A stretch of DNA of 64,000 bases from Paramoeba atlantica (GCA_977017575.1 CDRNVI010000010.1:155389-219388), one strand, 5' to 3'. Positions 47,465 through 59,099 are shown, counted from the first letter of the stretch. The notes: generated by a model from the sequence alone, not told the origin. Numbers and translations are program-made.

Positions 47465-50400
47465 ATTTCTTTTTTTAATCTAGTCTTCTCTTGGGGCTCA
47501 GTTCTCCTATGACACAGGTGAAAAATCCTCAGACCCACGTAGGTACGAACGAAGACTCTCATTCATTCCATCAGAATATTGACGTCAGCGAAGGTACTCT
47601 CAGTGAAAGCGCTCTCATCGACGAAGAGCGTTCCCACTGTCCCGGCAGTTGGGACCAATTCGATGGCAACAAGCACCTGATCTCCACTGCGAGCACTTAC
47701 GACGAACAATTTTACACTACCCCGATCCCGAAGAATATTCCCAAGGAATGGATGGAGCGCGTACGCCACATCACACAGGAGAGGGAAACTCCGGACACAG
47801 GACACGCAGAGGCCGAAGATGAGGAAACACAACACTGTGCGGTGAGAAGGCAGAAAATAACGCAAGAAGACGCACTCGCACCCAAGGCCGCCGATAAAAG
47901 CTATACTCAAAGCCGCAGTGAAAGACGCTCTTTCCCGCCAACTGCAAAACACGTCACCATCGAAAGGGGTCACCAAAACGGACTCGCGTCCGTCAAGACG
48001 AACACCTTGGACATACCATTCTTCACCCCGGCACGCTGTAAACAAGACCACCTCCGCGGAAAAAACACAAAGTGGAGAAGAGTATCGGGAATGCCCAGCG
48101 GTGGGATGCTCTTGGCGAAGTCCGCCGCACGGAGGGTCGTGACAAGCATTCTACAATCACGTCGCATGTCGCCACGGTAACTGCGTCCCCGCCACATGGT
48201 GGGATAAAGAAGGTCGATTTCTGTGCAATTTATGCGGGCGTCACTACGATATCAACAAAAGGGAGACTCACCCACAAGCCTGTAAGGGGAGGATAACAAA
48301 AGCCCAAACCTCGCCGCATACGACACACCCGAGCGACGAAAGCCATCCCCCAGGGACCCAAACGCATCACTCCGAACTTCCCTCACTGACCACGTGCAAG
48401 GACGTGCCCCCTCGCTGCCGCCAACTCTGGGGAGAAATCCTTACAAAAGCAGCTAAAAACGCAGTCACCGAGAACTCTACAGCCGCATGGACCCTACTCG
48501 CTATGCTTCCGAAGTGCTTACTACCAGCCCCACACCGAGGAGGTCGCAAGAACCACACAACTTACTCATCATACGTCCAGAAGTGCATGAACCGATGGCT
48601 TGCACAAGACTAAATGTCTCCCTATGGAGACTTTATGTCTCCCTATGGAACGAAGCAGTAGACAACACACAGAAGAAACAATCCGCTGCTTCTACAGCCG
48701 TCCACGACGAGGAGGAAAAAGCCGCTATTCGAGCAGAGTTGCTAGTTCGACGAGGTGAGTACTCTAGGGGTATGGCTGCACTTACCGCGGATTCTATGGC
48801 GCCCGACGACGAAGACACCTTCCGTAAGCTTCAAAGCAAACACCCTTGCCGTCATCCAGACAGTGACATCATCGACTATGCGCCTCCGTCCACAGAGCCT
48901 TTAGTAGTGCAGGAACCCGCGGTAGAAAAAACGATCAAAAGCTTTCACAGGGGTTCCTCGGCAGGAACAATGGGTTTGCGACCCGAGCACTCACAAGCTG
49001 CACTTCTGGCGCGCGTAGACAACACGGTGAAACCTCTTAACGCGCTTACACATCTTGTGAACCACCTGTTAGCCGGGAAAGCACCCCTAGAGGTACAGCC
49101 ATACTTCGTGGGAGCCAGACTTTGCGCCTTGGAAAAGGGTGAAAACGATGTCCGACCTATAGCAGCGGGAGAAACAATACGTCGATTGGTGAGCAAAGCG
49201 GCGTGCAATGCAGTGAAGAGCAAAGCTAGCGAAATATTCAAGGGGTTACAGTTCGGAGTTGCGACGCCGGCAGGAGCTGAACGAATAATTCACACTTGCC
49301 GGCATGCCATGGCAATCCACACAGACAACCCCGACCTGGTACTGTGCAAAGTCGACCTGAGCAACGCCTTCAACAACGTAAGCAGATCAACTTTCTTGAA
49401 ACTCGTAAGCGATCACTTCCCGGAATTGCTTCCATGGGCAATCTGGTGCTATACGACAACCAGTGTTTTGACACCCTATTCTCGGATGAAGGCGTTCAAC
49501 AGGGAGACCCCCTAGGGCCGCTTTTCTTTTCACTGGTCTCTCTGGAGCTTGCGAACGAGATCTATCTCCAGACCGACCTCCACTTGCAATTATGATACCT
49601 GGACGATGGAATTCTCATTGGCAGGGCTGAAGATGTCAGGAACTCGCTGGATACGATTGCGAGGGTGGGTCCGCGTTGGGGGCTTTATTTGAACGTGGCA
49701 AAGTGCGAAATTATCACCCCCCCCCTGCTTCGGCTAACGTTGTGGCCATGTTCCCAGACATACCCGACTCCAAAATAAACGTCTGCAGCAATCTTAGCGT
49801 CCTAGGAAGCCCAATTGGGTCCCCTGAATACTGCGCTGAATACCTGATGACTCATGTTGTTGAGCCGGCGGAAATGGCACTGAAAACAATAACTACGATC
49901 AGGCACCCACAGGTAGCCATGGTGCTAATTCGACAGTGTGCGGGTTTCTGCAAAATGGTGTATGCGTTACGAACCACGCCACCGCAATCACTTATGCACC
50001 TCTGCGAGCGTTTTGATGACTTCCTCATGCACACGGTCGAATCAATGTCCCTTACCTCCTCCCGCACGCTCCCAAATTCAACGCATGAAACGACATGGAG
50101 GTTTCGGGCTAAAATCGGCGACCCTACATGCATCCTCCGCTTACGTCTCTTCCGTAGCTTTCGCAGCGGCGACGGACTCTTGGGATCCTTCTGAAGTCGA
50201 GGGCTTCCTGCTCGCAATTGAAGACGTGAACTCCAAAGTGGGTGTTAACCTCCTCGACTCAACAGGGCACGTACGTTCTATCCCGCGCCACAAGTGTGAA
50301 GAAGTCTCACCCCAGTCCCGTTCTTCCAAAAGGCCTCGTCAGCCTGACATCGATTATTCTTTCGAGTCTACGATTCTCCCTTCCCTTCCACGCGAGCGCG

Positions 50401-51720
50401 CATTGACTTCTCCCGCAGACTTTCTTTCCACTTCAAACCCCCTACACGCAGCGGACTGCGTTGATGCGGAGCCGCCGGACTGGGAAAAGAAGAGCGTCCC
50501 CCGTCAAAAAGACATAAGTTACGCGATCTCCGCCGCGGAGTTTTCTTGTGCGTATGAAAACGCCGACGCGAGGACTCGTACACGCTGGACTTCCCAATGC
50601 GGTAAAGGTGCGAGAAGTTGAGCGTTCGTGACTCCGTCAAAAGACACTGGCCACGCTCTTAACCCAACAGAATTCCGCATCTTATCCCGCTGGTGGTTGG
50701 GTGTGTCGGTCTACGGGGAGGAAGGTACATGTCCCAAGGGGAACTGCACCCTCCCACTGGACAAGGATGGGGATCATGCCCTCACATGCAAGCACGGGGG
50801 CGGTATCCTAAGCCGACACAACTCTTTGGCGGACCAGTTCGCTGATACCTGCAGCAACGCATATTTAGCTCCCCAACGGGAAAAAAGCCTTAGGAATAGG
50901 GGCCCCGGTGGTGCCTTGACTAGACCTGGGGATGTCTTCCTGCCGAGCCTTTTCCTCGGAAAGCCCATGGTGCTTGACTTCGCGGTCACTCACGCCCAGC
51001 AACCTAAATACACGGACACAGTCCGAAATGCTAGCTGGGTGGCCGCGGGGTCCTTCGCCGAGCACTACTCCTCGGATCAGAAAGCCCGACCGCGCCGTGA
51101 AGCTGAAAACGCCGGAAGCGATTTCACAGCGATGGTTGTCGAGAGCTACGGCTCTTGGAGCACCAGCGCCTGAGCAGTACTCCGGAAAGTTGGCGAACGC
51201 AGAGCGAAAGCATCCAACGGCGTTCTGTCCGACGACGCGTCTACGCTCCGACTCATGACGGATATGAACGTCACACTGATGCGTTCCCAAGCACGCATGA
51301 TGATCACGCGTCTGCCGGTAGTGGATTCCCCAGCTCCGTTAATCGAACAATAGCTCGATAAGGGACATGCGACGTGTGCCACAGAGCCGGCACTGGTGCT
51401 GGTTGAGTCGACAGAGTCTATTCTCACACCTAGCTCGCGAGGGCTAGGTACCCCAAGTGAGGTGGTACACGGGTTGTGAATCTCCTCCCCGTCGACCAGC
51501 ATCTTGTTTCGCGACCGTGTCGCTGTCGACACAGGCCCGCGCCTGCCCCCTCCCGTATAACAAGGGAAAGGTTCACAAGTCAGGCCGCGGAGAGGTCGAA
51601 AGACCCGGTCCGGAACGCGCGGATGGATTGGGCGTGGATTGCTTCTTTATATTATTGTTGTTATTATTGTTATTATTAAATAACAATAATTAAATTGTTA
51701 AATTGTTATTATTAAATACT
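47465..51720 (+). mobile_element. Near full-length CRE/SLACS-like non-LTR retrotransposon (copy A; RT plus restriction-like endonuclease), with frameshifts and stops
   Basis: VRPIAAGETIRRLVSK, QFGVATPAGAE, KVDLSNAFNNVSR, GVQQGDPLGP, YLDDG, GLYLNVAKCE, C-x-C-DHALTCKH knuckle, RPGDV..VLDFAVT..VESYG (RLE), and an (ATT)n-like tail at ~51650-51715. Confidence 0.92.
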
Positions 51721-54700
51721 TCTGTGGAAAGAAAAAGAATTGCTAATTTGATTGCTCGTTTTCAATTCATATACCACCGCTAAATCATTCAATTCGCGCG
51801 ACCCCCGCTAAATAGGGGGGGAAGGTGGTAGTTGTGGGGTATGGAGGCCTCTCGCAACTCCGGGGCCTCACCGGGAGCAAAGGTGAGATCCACTTGCCGC
51901 CCCGCCTAAATGCATTTTTCCTTTTTTTCTAAAAACTTTTTTGAAGGGCCTTTCATAGCTGTCATTCGACGTCGAAAATTGCAATTCGACGTCTACGAAT
52001 GCCTTTCGACGTCGAAAAAATGGGTCTTTCGACGTCGAACGAAGGAAAAAAATGTGGGATACTTGTGTTCATGTACAGCACTTGAAAAATTGTTTCGATC
52101 GACGGATTCTTTTCACTACAGCAATTTGCTATGGTATTCGGACGAATAGATGACTACTAGAGAATAAGAAAGTAGCAACGTATGGTTGTCGTCAGGTTGT
52201 TCGTCAGACCGCTAGGGAGTTCTAACCGTGTTAAATGCGTCACCTTTTATTTGAAACATGTTCAGAAACGTAATTAATGAAGTTTAATAAAATAAAGATA
52301 CGGAAAATTATGACTGTACTAGTCATTATCATAGTATAAGCTTATGGCGTTTACTGTTGCTGTATAGGTAAGCACAAAATATCTCGCGTTGCAATAATAC
52401 AAGAAAAATTTAAGTGTGGGGAAAAAGTTTAGCCTTAATGGTCCTGAAGTATGAGACAAAACATGGAAAAATAATTAAACATCCATACATTATAAATAAT
52501 TATACAGTAATACAATATAACAATATTATAATGGGTTATGAATTTATGACGTATCAGAAAAAAAGCAGACTCGCATCAGGAGCCTATTAAGTAATTCGGA
52601 AGCTTGAAAGAAGTTACCCCGAATCCCCATTTCCCGCTGATCCTAACTGTTCCAAATTGTCAAGGTACCCAAGTTTGTCGCAGTTCCCCCGTAACAGCAT
52701 AGAGTTTTGTACTGTTTGAGTGCCCATGGATGATTGACGGGAGTTGTATTTGGTGTTCATAACCGACATCCAAGAATCACATTTCGTCACTAAAGGGGGT
52801 ACCCATAAATAATGTATCGCCGCTTGATGCATACCTGGGTATTTGTAGACTCCAACTGTTTGCCACCAATGCAATTCGCACTTGTGCACTCGCGAATCCC
52901 ATTCGTAGTCGACGCAATTCACATATTCATTCCATTTATTTTCCGTAATTTGAAAAATGGGAGAACCACCTCGAAAAAGGTCGTTAGCACGACTGAAATG
53001 AATTGGTTCGAGACCGGCTTTCCGGGCGCGTAGTGCAATGAAATCCGGTGCAAACCACATGACGTCTTCCCAATATTTCATATTGTGATGAACTGAAAGT
53101 CGATTTATGTGATGCTTGAGGGCACATTCAAAAGCTTCACTGCAGCTTCCCACCCGACTAGCCTTCCGTAATCTTTCTAAAGTTGGCCAAACTCCCGTTA
53201 CTAAAGGGGTACCGTCTAAATCCGAAAATTTTTGTAACGCTTTCTGGATAGGAGCTAGTTCTTCAAGAAAATATTTTGCTGAAGTCGCCAAGTTATCTAC
53301 CCCTTCCCGAGCAATAAGATCCGCACACTTACGTACAGACTGACAAACTCGGGGGTTTTCCAGTTCTTGCTTCAGGAACGCCACAACAGTAGGTAACTGA
53401 GTAGAAAAGAAGGAAATGCTGCCGAACTTATCATGGCACCAGCGAGTAACTCCCCCTAACTTAGGAGCCGTAATGCCGTGTACATCCTTTGCTCTACGAA
53501 CAGCTTCAATTACTTGAGGTCCATACAATGAAAGTTCGTCACGACACCGAGGAATATTTTCATGCTGAGCGTTCAGTTCCGCCAAAATTAGATCAGCTTC
53601 ATCGGGAGCATACTGTTTCAAAATTTGTATGCTGCTACGAAGCTGACACACCAGCTCTGTCTGATATTCATCGTCCATTTTATTGCTAGACAGCCCCCCA
53701 TACCATTGAGTGAAAAATTGTTCCGCTTTGTTAGTTTCTTCGTCGATCCAAGAACGTCTAGGGCCACACCGCGATACCGCCCCTTCTTCGTACAGATCTT
53801 GTCATGTCCATAAAATGTTTGTCTGAAGAGCTTTTTAAGTTCAAAAAGGGGGGTTTCCTGAAAGGGTTTCATCGCATCCATCGCGAGGTTATTGAGAAAA
53901 TGACCAAAGCAAGATAGTAAGGAGACGTGTGGCATCATATCCACGGCCCGGTTTCCGAAGTTTATCCAGTCTGGCTCCCCAATTCTTTGAACGCGATCAT
54001 ATATTCTTTTTAATTCTCCTTCTGCCTCATCACGGGCCACGTGGTTAACGGCACAGCCATCCACCATTAAAAACCTCATTTTTCGTACCAGCGTAATGCC
54101 GAGAATAGAATTCAATGTATTAACCAAACTCTCAGCTGTTTCTTTGCCGTTGAATGCCTTCCGCTTCGGATGATACATGGATGGTAATAGATATTGCTCA
54201 TCTGAAACATACACTACCCCTACTAATACGTGCTCGTTGAGCACGGAATCAACCCCAGCATCCACAGCTACCCCGAAGAAAGGATGAATATCGATTTTTG
54301 AAATCATTTTTTCCCATATTTCGGTGGCCAAGTCCTTCTCCCAATCACGCATGATCCTGTGATTGTTGCCAAGTGCATTGAGAATTTCTTCAGTATTTGC
54401 TCCCTTGGGGCGTAATTCTTCATAGTTACGAAGTAAAGCGTGAGCAGCTTTGCATGACAAGTTCGTCTTTGCCACAAGACAGGGAACGCAGCGACGGACA
54501 AAAACATTTACACTCATTGAATTGTCGTTCGGGGTCAGTGAAAAAAGTTCCGGTTCGTTTGCGATTCTCTGTCCCTCGCGCACTAAACAAGTGTGATTGA
54601 TATGGTGATAGTAATGGTTGTTATGGAGCGAATGACTCCACCACGGACAGTCGCGACATTTTATGTGAGTCCGCTGGCCCATGGTATTCACGTGATGGGG

Positions 54701-55489
54701 CCGAGGATATTTCTCGGCGTATTCGCGACACTCTTTGTTTTTCTTCTCCAAATTTTTCGTTCTACCAGTCGGGGTATCCATTGCCAAGCAGCGTTCACGA
54801 AAGAATTTTGTCGAAATACGGGGAAACCGCATTGGGTCCTGTACAAGCTGTTTTCGAACTACTTGCCTTACAGAGCTTGCCTGTTGTGATGGAGAGGACG
54901 GCATTTCCTCTTCAAGCCTCGCGGTACACTCTCGTCGTACTGAGACAGGAACATAACTCCCTGAAAGAACGTTATCGGAAATTTCAAATCTGCTGTGGGT
55001 GGGACCATCTGCTGCTTCCGTGGAAGCATCTCGCTGCATGGCAGTTCTATTCTTCTTCGCCGAATTGGTTCTCTTGGCACGAACCGAAGTAACTGAAGGA
55101 GTAGTAGATGAAACAGATTCGGAAGAATTTGCTTCAGCTAAAGTTGGCACGATTGCATCTGATGAAAGAGCTGGGGGAGAAGGTATGCGGATAGGAATCA
55201 TGCGCCCCCTTCCTCGAACAGAGGTGTGCATTGTGAAAAAACAAGTAAATTAACACTAAAAAGTAGAAGACTGGTTGCAAATACATTTTTTAAACATTTT
55301 ATAAACATATATTCTGTTGAAAAAAAATTCTTTCAGAAACCATCCAAGCACTCAAAATGTTTCGACCTTTCGACCGTCGAACGACGTCGAATTCGACGTC
55401 GAACGACAGCTATGGCCTTTCTTCAAATTTTTTGAAGGGCTCATTTTTTTTTGAAGGGCTAACTTTTTTTTCGAAGGGCTTGCACAAAA

Positions 55490-55580
55490 TATGCATTATC
55501 AGTGTGCGAGTTTTATGCATTATCAGTGTGCGAGTTTTATGCATTATCAGTGTGCGAGTTTTTATGCATTATCAGTGTGC
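55490..55580 (-). repeat. 4 x 24-bp array (coding strand AAACTCGCACACTGATAATGCATA), ~260 bp upstream of the hAT-like ATG
   Basis: Units are directly readable; same core as the array at 44664. Confidence 0.9.
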
Positions 55581-56176
55581 TAATTGCGGTGGTTGTAAAA
55601 CTACCGCTCTACCCTCGATTATTGAAAAAAAAGTGAACAAAAACAGTGAAAATATAAAGAGGAACACAGTAATATAATAGAAGAAAAAAATATAAAAGGG
55701 GGCTCCGGTGGTCCAAAACTGAAAAAAAAAATTGAAAAAAATGGGGGGTCCAGGGGGGGTCATGGTCGAGCAATTTTTTTCGAAAAAATTAGTTTTCGAA
55801 AAAAAACCGCAGAAAGGGTAGCCGGGGTCTTGGCGCGCATTTTCCACCCCCCTACTCGGGGGTGACCCCCCCGCGTATCCGCAGGACGGGTCCGCGAAGT
55901 TCGGATTTTTTCGGAAAAAAAAATTTGAAAAAAGTTCAACTTGGCGAAAAAAATGGCAAAAAAAATATTTTTCCAAAATCGTTTCCCCTATTGTATTTTG
56001 ATAGTTTGGGACCTACACTAGCTTTCTCCGCAGTTGTTTTCGCAAGGTATCCCTTTTTCGAGCCGTGGTGCGCCCCTCAAAATGACCCATTTTTGATTAA
56101 AAAAGGTGAAAAAGTATTTTTGGGACCCCAAGGGGCCTTTTTATGTCGAAAGAATTGTGTGGTTGGAGGGGAAAGG

Positions 56177-56275
56177 TTACCATAAATCGTATAAGTACCA
56201 TAAATCGTAAGTTACCATAAATTGTATAAGTTACCATAAGTTGTATAAGTTACCACAAATTGTATAAGTTACCTA
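56177..56275. repeat. ~5 x 18-19-bp tandem repeat (TTACCATAAATTGTATAAG)
   Basis: Units are directly readable. Confidence 0.85.
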
Positions 56276-56309
56276 AAATTGCGTGGTCACATAGTAAAAC
56301 AATACACAA

Positions 56310-56535
56310 TCCTGCGAAAGGGGCAGACATAGGTTTTCAGTGGCGCCCCCGAGCGCTGGAGCGCGCGGGGTCGCTGAAAAATATAATTCTGTCCCAGGGC
56401 TACGCTCACAGTTGGGCCTTGCTCGCAAACCGGGGCTTTTGCTTCTAGAAGTGGGTTACGCTCACAGTTCGGCCTCGTTCGCAAACGGGGGCTTTTGCCT
56501 CCAGAAGTGGGCTACGCTCACAGTTGGGCCTTGAC
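56310..56535 (+). repeat. Third copy of the ~60-bp-unit upstream cassette, inside the hAT-like element
   Basis: Collinear with 15440-15670. Confidence 0.85.
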
Positions 56536-56750
56536 TCTAGACGGCGCCCGCACATTGATAATGCATATAGCACATTGATAATGCATACCACATTTGTAGC
56601 ACAAAAACAAGGACTGGGTTTATTGGCCCGGCCGGCCCCTCCGTGCGTTCGGCCTCTCATATTCCCCAAAACAACTACCACCTTCCCCCCCATTTATCAG
56701 GGGTCGCGCGCGCGACCCCCGCTAAATAGGGTGGAAGTCAACGAATATTA

Positions 56751-56824
56751 CATAAGTAAAGGAATAATGCATAAGTAAAGGAATAATGCATAAGTAAAGG
56801 AATAATGCATAAGTAAAGGAATAA
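56751..56824 (+). repeat. ~4 x 19-bp array (CATAAGTAAAGGAATAATG)
   Basis: Units are directly readable; each junction creates ATAATGCATA. Confidence 0.88.
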
Positions 56825-56829
56825 CGCTC

Positions 56830-57138
56830 CGTCGTCTAGCAAGCAAGGTGGGATGTCTCTCTGCAAAGGCCAAAGCCCGCGTTCTGTTCAAAGAACATCA
56901 ATACGGAGTAGCTACGCCCGCAGGAGCAGAGCACGTCATCCACATTTGTCGGCGACTTGTAGCGAACCACGTTGAGGATGATGATTTCGTAATGTGCAAG
57001 GTAGACCTCCGAAACGCCTTCAATAACGTCTTTAGGGATAGTTTTATTGCCTTAACACGATATCATTTCCCAGAGTTGAGCCCATTCGTGGAATGGTGCT
57101 ACTCTGCCCTCAGCAACCTGACCTTCGATGGAGAATAA
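56830..57138 (+). mobile_element. CRE-like RT fragment (copy C)
   Basis: QYGVATPAGAEHVIH, CKVDLRNAFNNV and HFPELSPFVEWCY parallel copy A. Confidence 0.85.
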
Positions 57139-57159
57139 ACTACCATTACAACGCGATTT

Positions 57160-58976
57160 ATGGTAGTTTGGATGAGTACTTCCATGTTCGTCGGAGGGCG
57201 GTGATAGTAGTTTGGATGAGTACTCATCGAAACTACTACAACCCCCAAGGAGGTAATGGTAGTTTGGATGAGTACTCATCGGAACTACCGCAATGTAGTT
57301 GTAGTAGTTTGGATGAGTACTTATCGAAACGAAATTTTAGTTTTCTGGAAAAAAGTACTCATCGAAACGACCTCTGTACATGGTAGTTTGGATGAGTACT
57401 CATTGAAACGACCTCTTCACATGGTAGTTTGGATGAGTACTCATTGAAACGACCTCTGCACATGGTACTTTGGATGAATACTTTCTTCCGTGGCGCATCC
57501 GTAGTCAGCAATCACGTAAATTGTTGCCAGGTTCTGACACAAAATACGGTGAAACTGAACCAAATTCCGCACTTTTTGATTGTATTATTTATGAATTTAC
57601 ACATATTATTGTAATAGAGTATTATAAATAACGTCAGTTTTTTGGTTAAAGACTTCACAACTAGCTTCACAACTTCGAACTTAACATCATCTACGGAAAT
57701 TAAACTAAATTAATACTTTCCACATGAACTTTCGCCTTTTTGTCCTCTTCCTTCCTCTTAGCCTTCGCACTATTCTCCACAGTGACGTGAAGAACCGGTG
57801 GGCCTCTCTTCCGTTTATCATGAAGAATGACGGCTCCGAGCTGAAGAAGCTTTGTCGCCGCAACTTCTGGAACATCTTCTTCCCAACAGCTTGATTCGAC
57901 GTACTCCTTGGCCTTTTCCACATAGGTCAAGCGTACCCGGAACTTCTCTTCATGCACGGACAGCTTCTCGATGGTTCTAGACTTTAGATCGGACCGAATC
58001 GTCACACGCCTTCGATTCAAATCTCCGACAAAGCTATTCCAAATGTTTTTTAATACTGTTGCCATGTCACGTTCGTCTTTAGAACTCACAGACAATCGGA
58101 ACTTTTTGGCGTAGTTAATGCCTGCCCGCAAAAACTTAGTTCCGTCATCAGCCCAGTCAATGCTGGCTTTGCACGCAATCAGGACATACGCCACATGCGA
58201 AAAAGTAAATCGCAACCCCAAAACAGTCTTCCGAAAGAATTGGCTGGCTGTGCGCTTTACTGATTCAACGTCCAGATCGGATGACAATAATTCCTGAAGG
58301 AGGGGAGGAGAAAAAGATTCAACGACTTGTGATTGCCCACAAGTCGCGCAAACATCAGAACCGTTGAATACCCCATACTGCAAGCATTGCACACATACAT
58401 CTCTGTGCTGCTCGGAATCGACACACCATTTGCAATAAACACAAAAAGATGATCGACCTTCGGTGGGAAGAGTGAACGGTGTCATTTTCTGACATTTTCC
58501 TTCGCACATCGGGCGATAGATTGATGCCTGGAATGACACAAGTGATGTGGTGCAAAGAAAAAAAAACTTGAATACCGAACTCTTTAGATGAATTTTAACG
58601 AATATACATTTGTAACTAAACTTTGCAGAACGCACCGAAAAAAGATTTAAATTGGCTGATAAAACAAAAATATGGCTACTCATGCCAACTCATGCCAACC
58701 AAGACTTGCACAGTCTCCACTGTCCCAGGGCTACGTTCACATTTTAGCCTTACAGAGTCAGACGTTGGTAATACATACCAATATAGTGAAAAGTACTCAT
58801 CCAAAGTACCATGTGCAGAGGTCGTTTCAATGAGTACTCATCCAAACTACCATGTGCAGAGGTCGTTTCGGTGAGCACTCATCCAAACTAACATGTGCAG
58901 AGGTCGTTTCGATGAGTACTTTTTTCCAGAAAACTAAAATTTCGTTTCGATGAGTACTCATCCAAACTACTGCAAC
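57160..58976. mobile_element. Foldback/MULE-like element with ~187-bp modular TIRs (57298-57484 and 58788-58976) built from palindromic subrepeats
   Basis: GTAGTTTGGATGAGTACTCATCGAAAC units, ~8 on the left and ~5 inverted on the right, including a shared unique segment GAAATTTTAGTTTTCTGGAAAAAAGTACTC. Confidence 0.8.
57700..58509 (-). CDS. Orphan 269-aa protein with an N-terminal Cys cluster and a basic C-terminus, carried by the foldback-like element
   Basis: First plausible ATG at 58509 (MCEGKC); CVYCKWC, CVQC and CATC motifs; uninterrupted frame. Confidence 0.65.
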   Translation of the reverse strand: MCEGKCQKMTPFTLPTEGRSSFCVYCKWCVDSEQHRDVCVQCLQYGVFNGSDVCATCGQSQVVESFSPPLLQELLSSDLDVESVKRTASQFFRKTVLGLRFTFSHVAYVLIACKASIDWADDGTKFLRAGINYAKKFRLSVSSKDERDMATVLKNIWNSFVGDLNRRRVTIRSDLKSRTIEKLSVHEEKFRVRLTYVEKAKEYVESSCWEEDVPEVAATKLLQLGAVILHDKRKRGPPVLHVTVENSAKAKRKEEDKKAKVHVESINLV

Positions 58977-59099
58977 GCCGCCTCACTTTTACGAGTGAGG
59001 TTCCCAGTGCGAGGCAAGTGGGTTTCGAAGTTGTTTCCGGACCCGGTGATCTGCACCTTGCTTAGTGATCTTCTTGCGCGAATGATTTGGAGGTCGTGG

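Larger units (their letters stand above)
51795..56712 (-). mobile_element. hAT-like element; transposase 52614-55231 with one frameshift near 53680
   Basis: C2H2 finger, GVAVDAG, LMVDG, CFGH (CxxH), GVTRW and a YPGM..A...L.VP C-terminal dimerisation-like motif. Inverted ends: CGCGCGACCCCCGCTAAATAGGGGGGGAAGGTGGTAGTTG and CAACTACCACCTTCCCCCCCATTTATCAGGGGTCGCGCG. Confidence 0.82.

Noticed and set aside
57160-57484. CRISPR-like array of palindromic ~30-bp repeats with spacers
   Set aside because: Eukaryotic context with no cas genes; several spacers are near-identical; the array is mirrored at 58788-58976, so it is a modular TIR.
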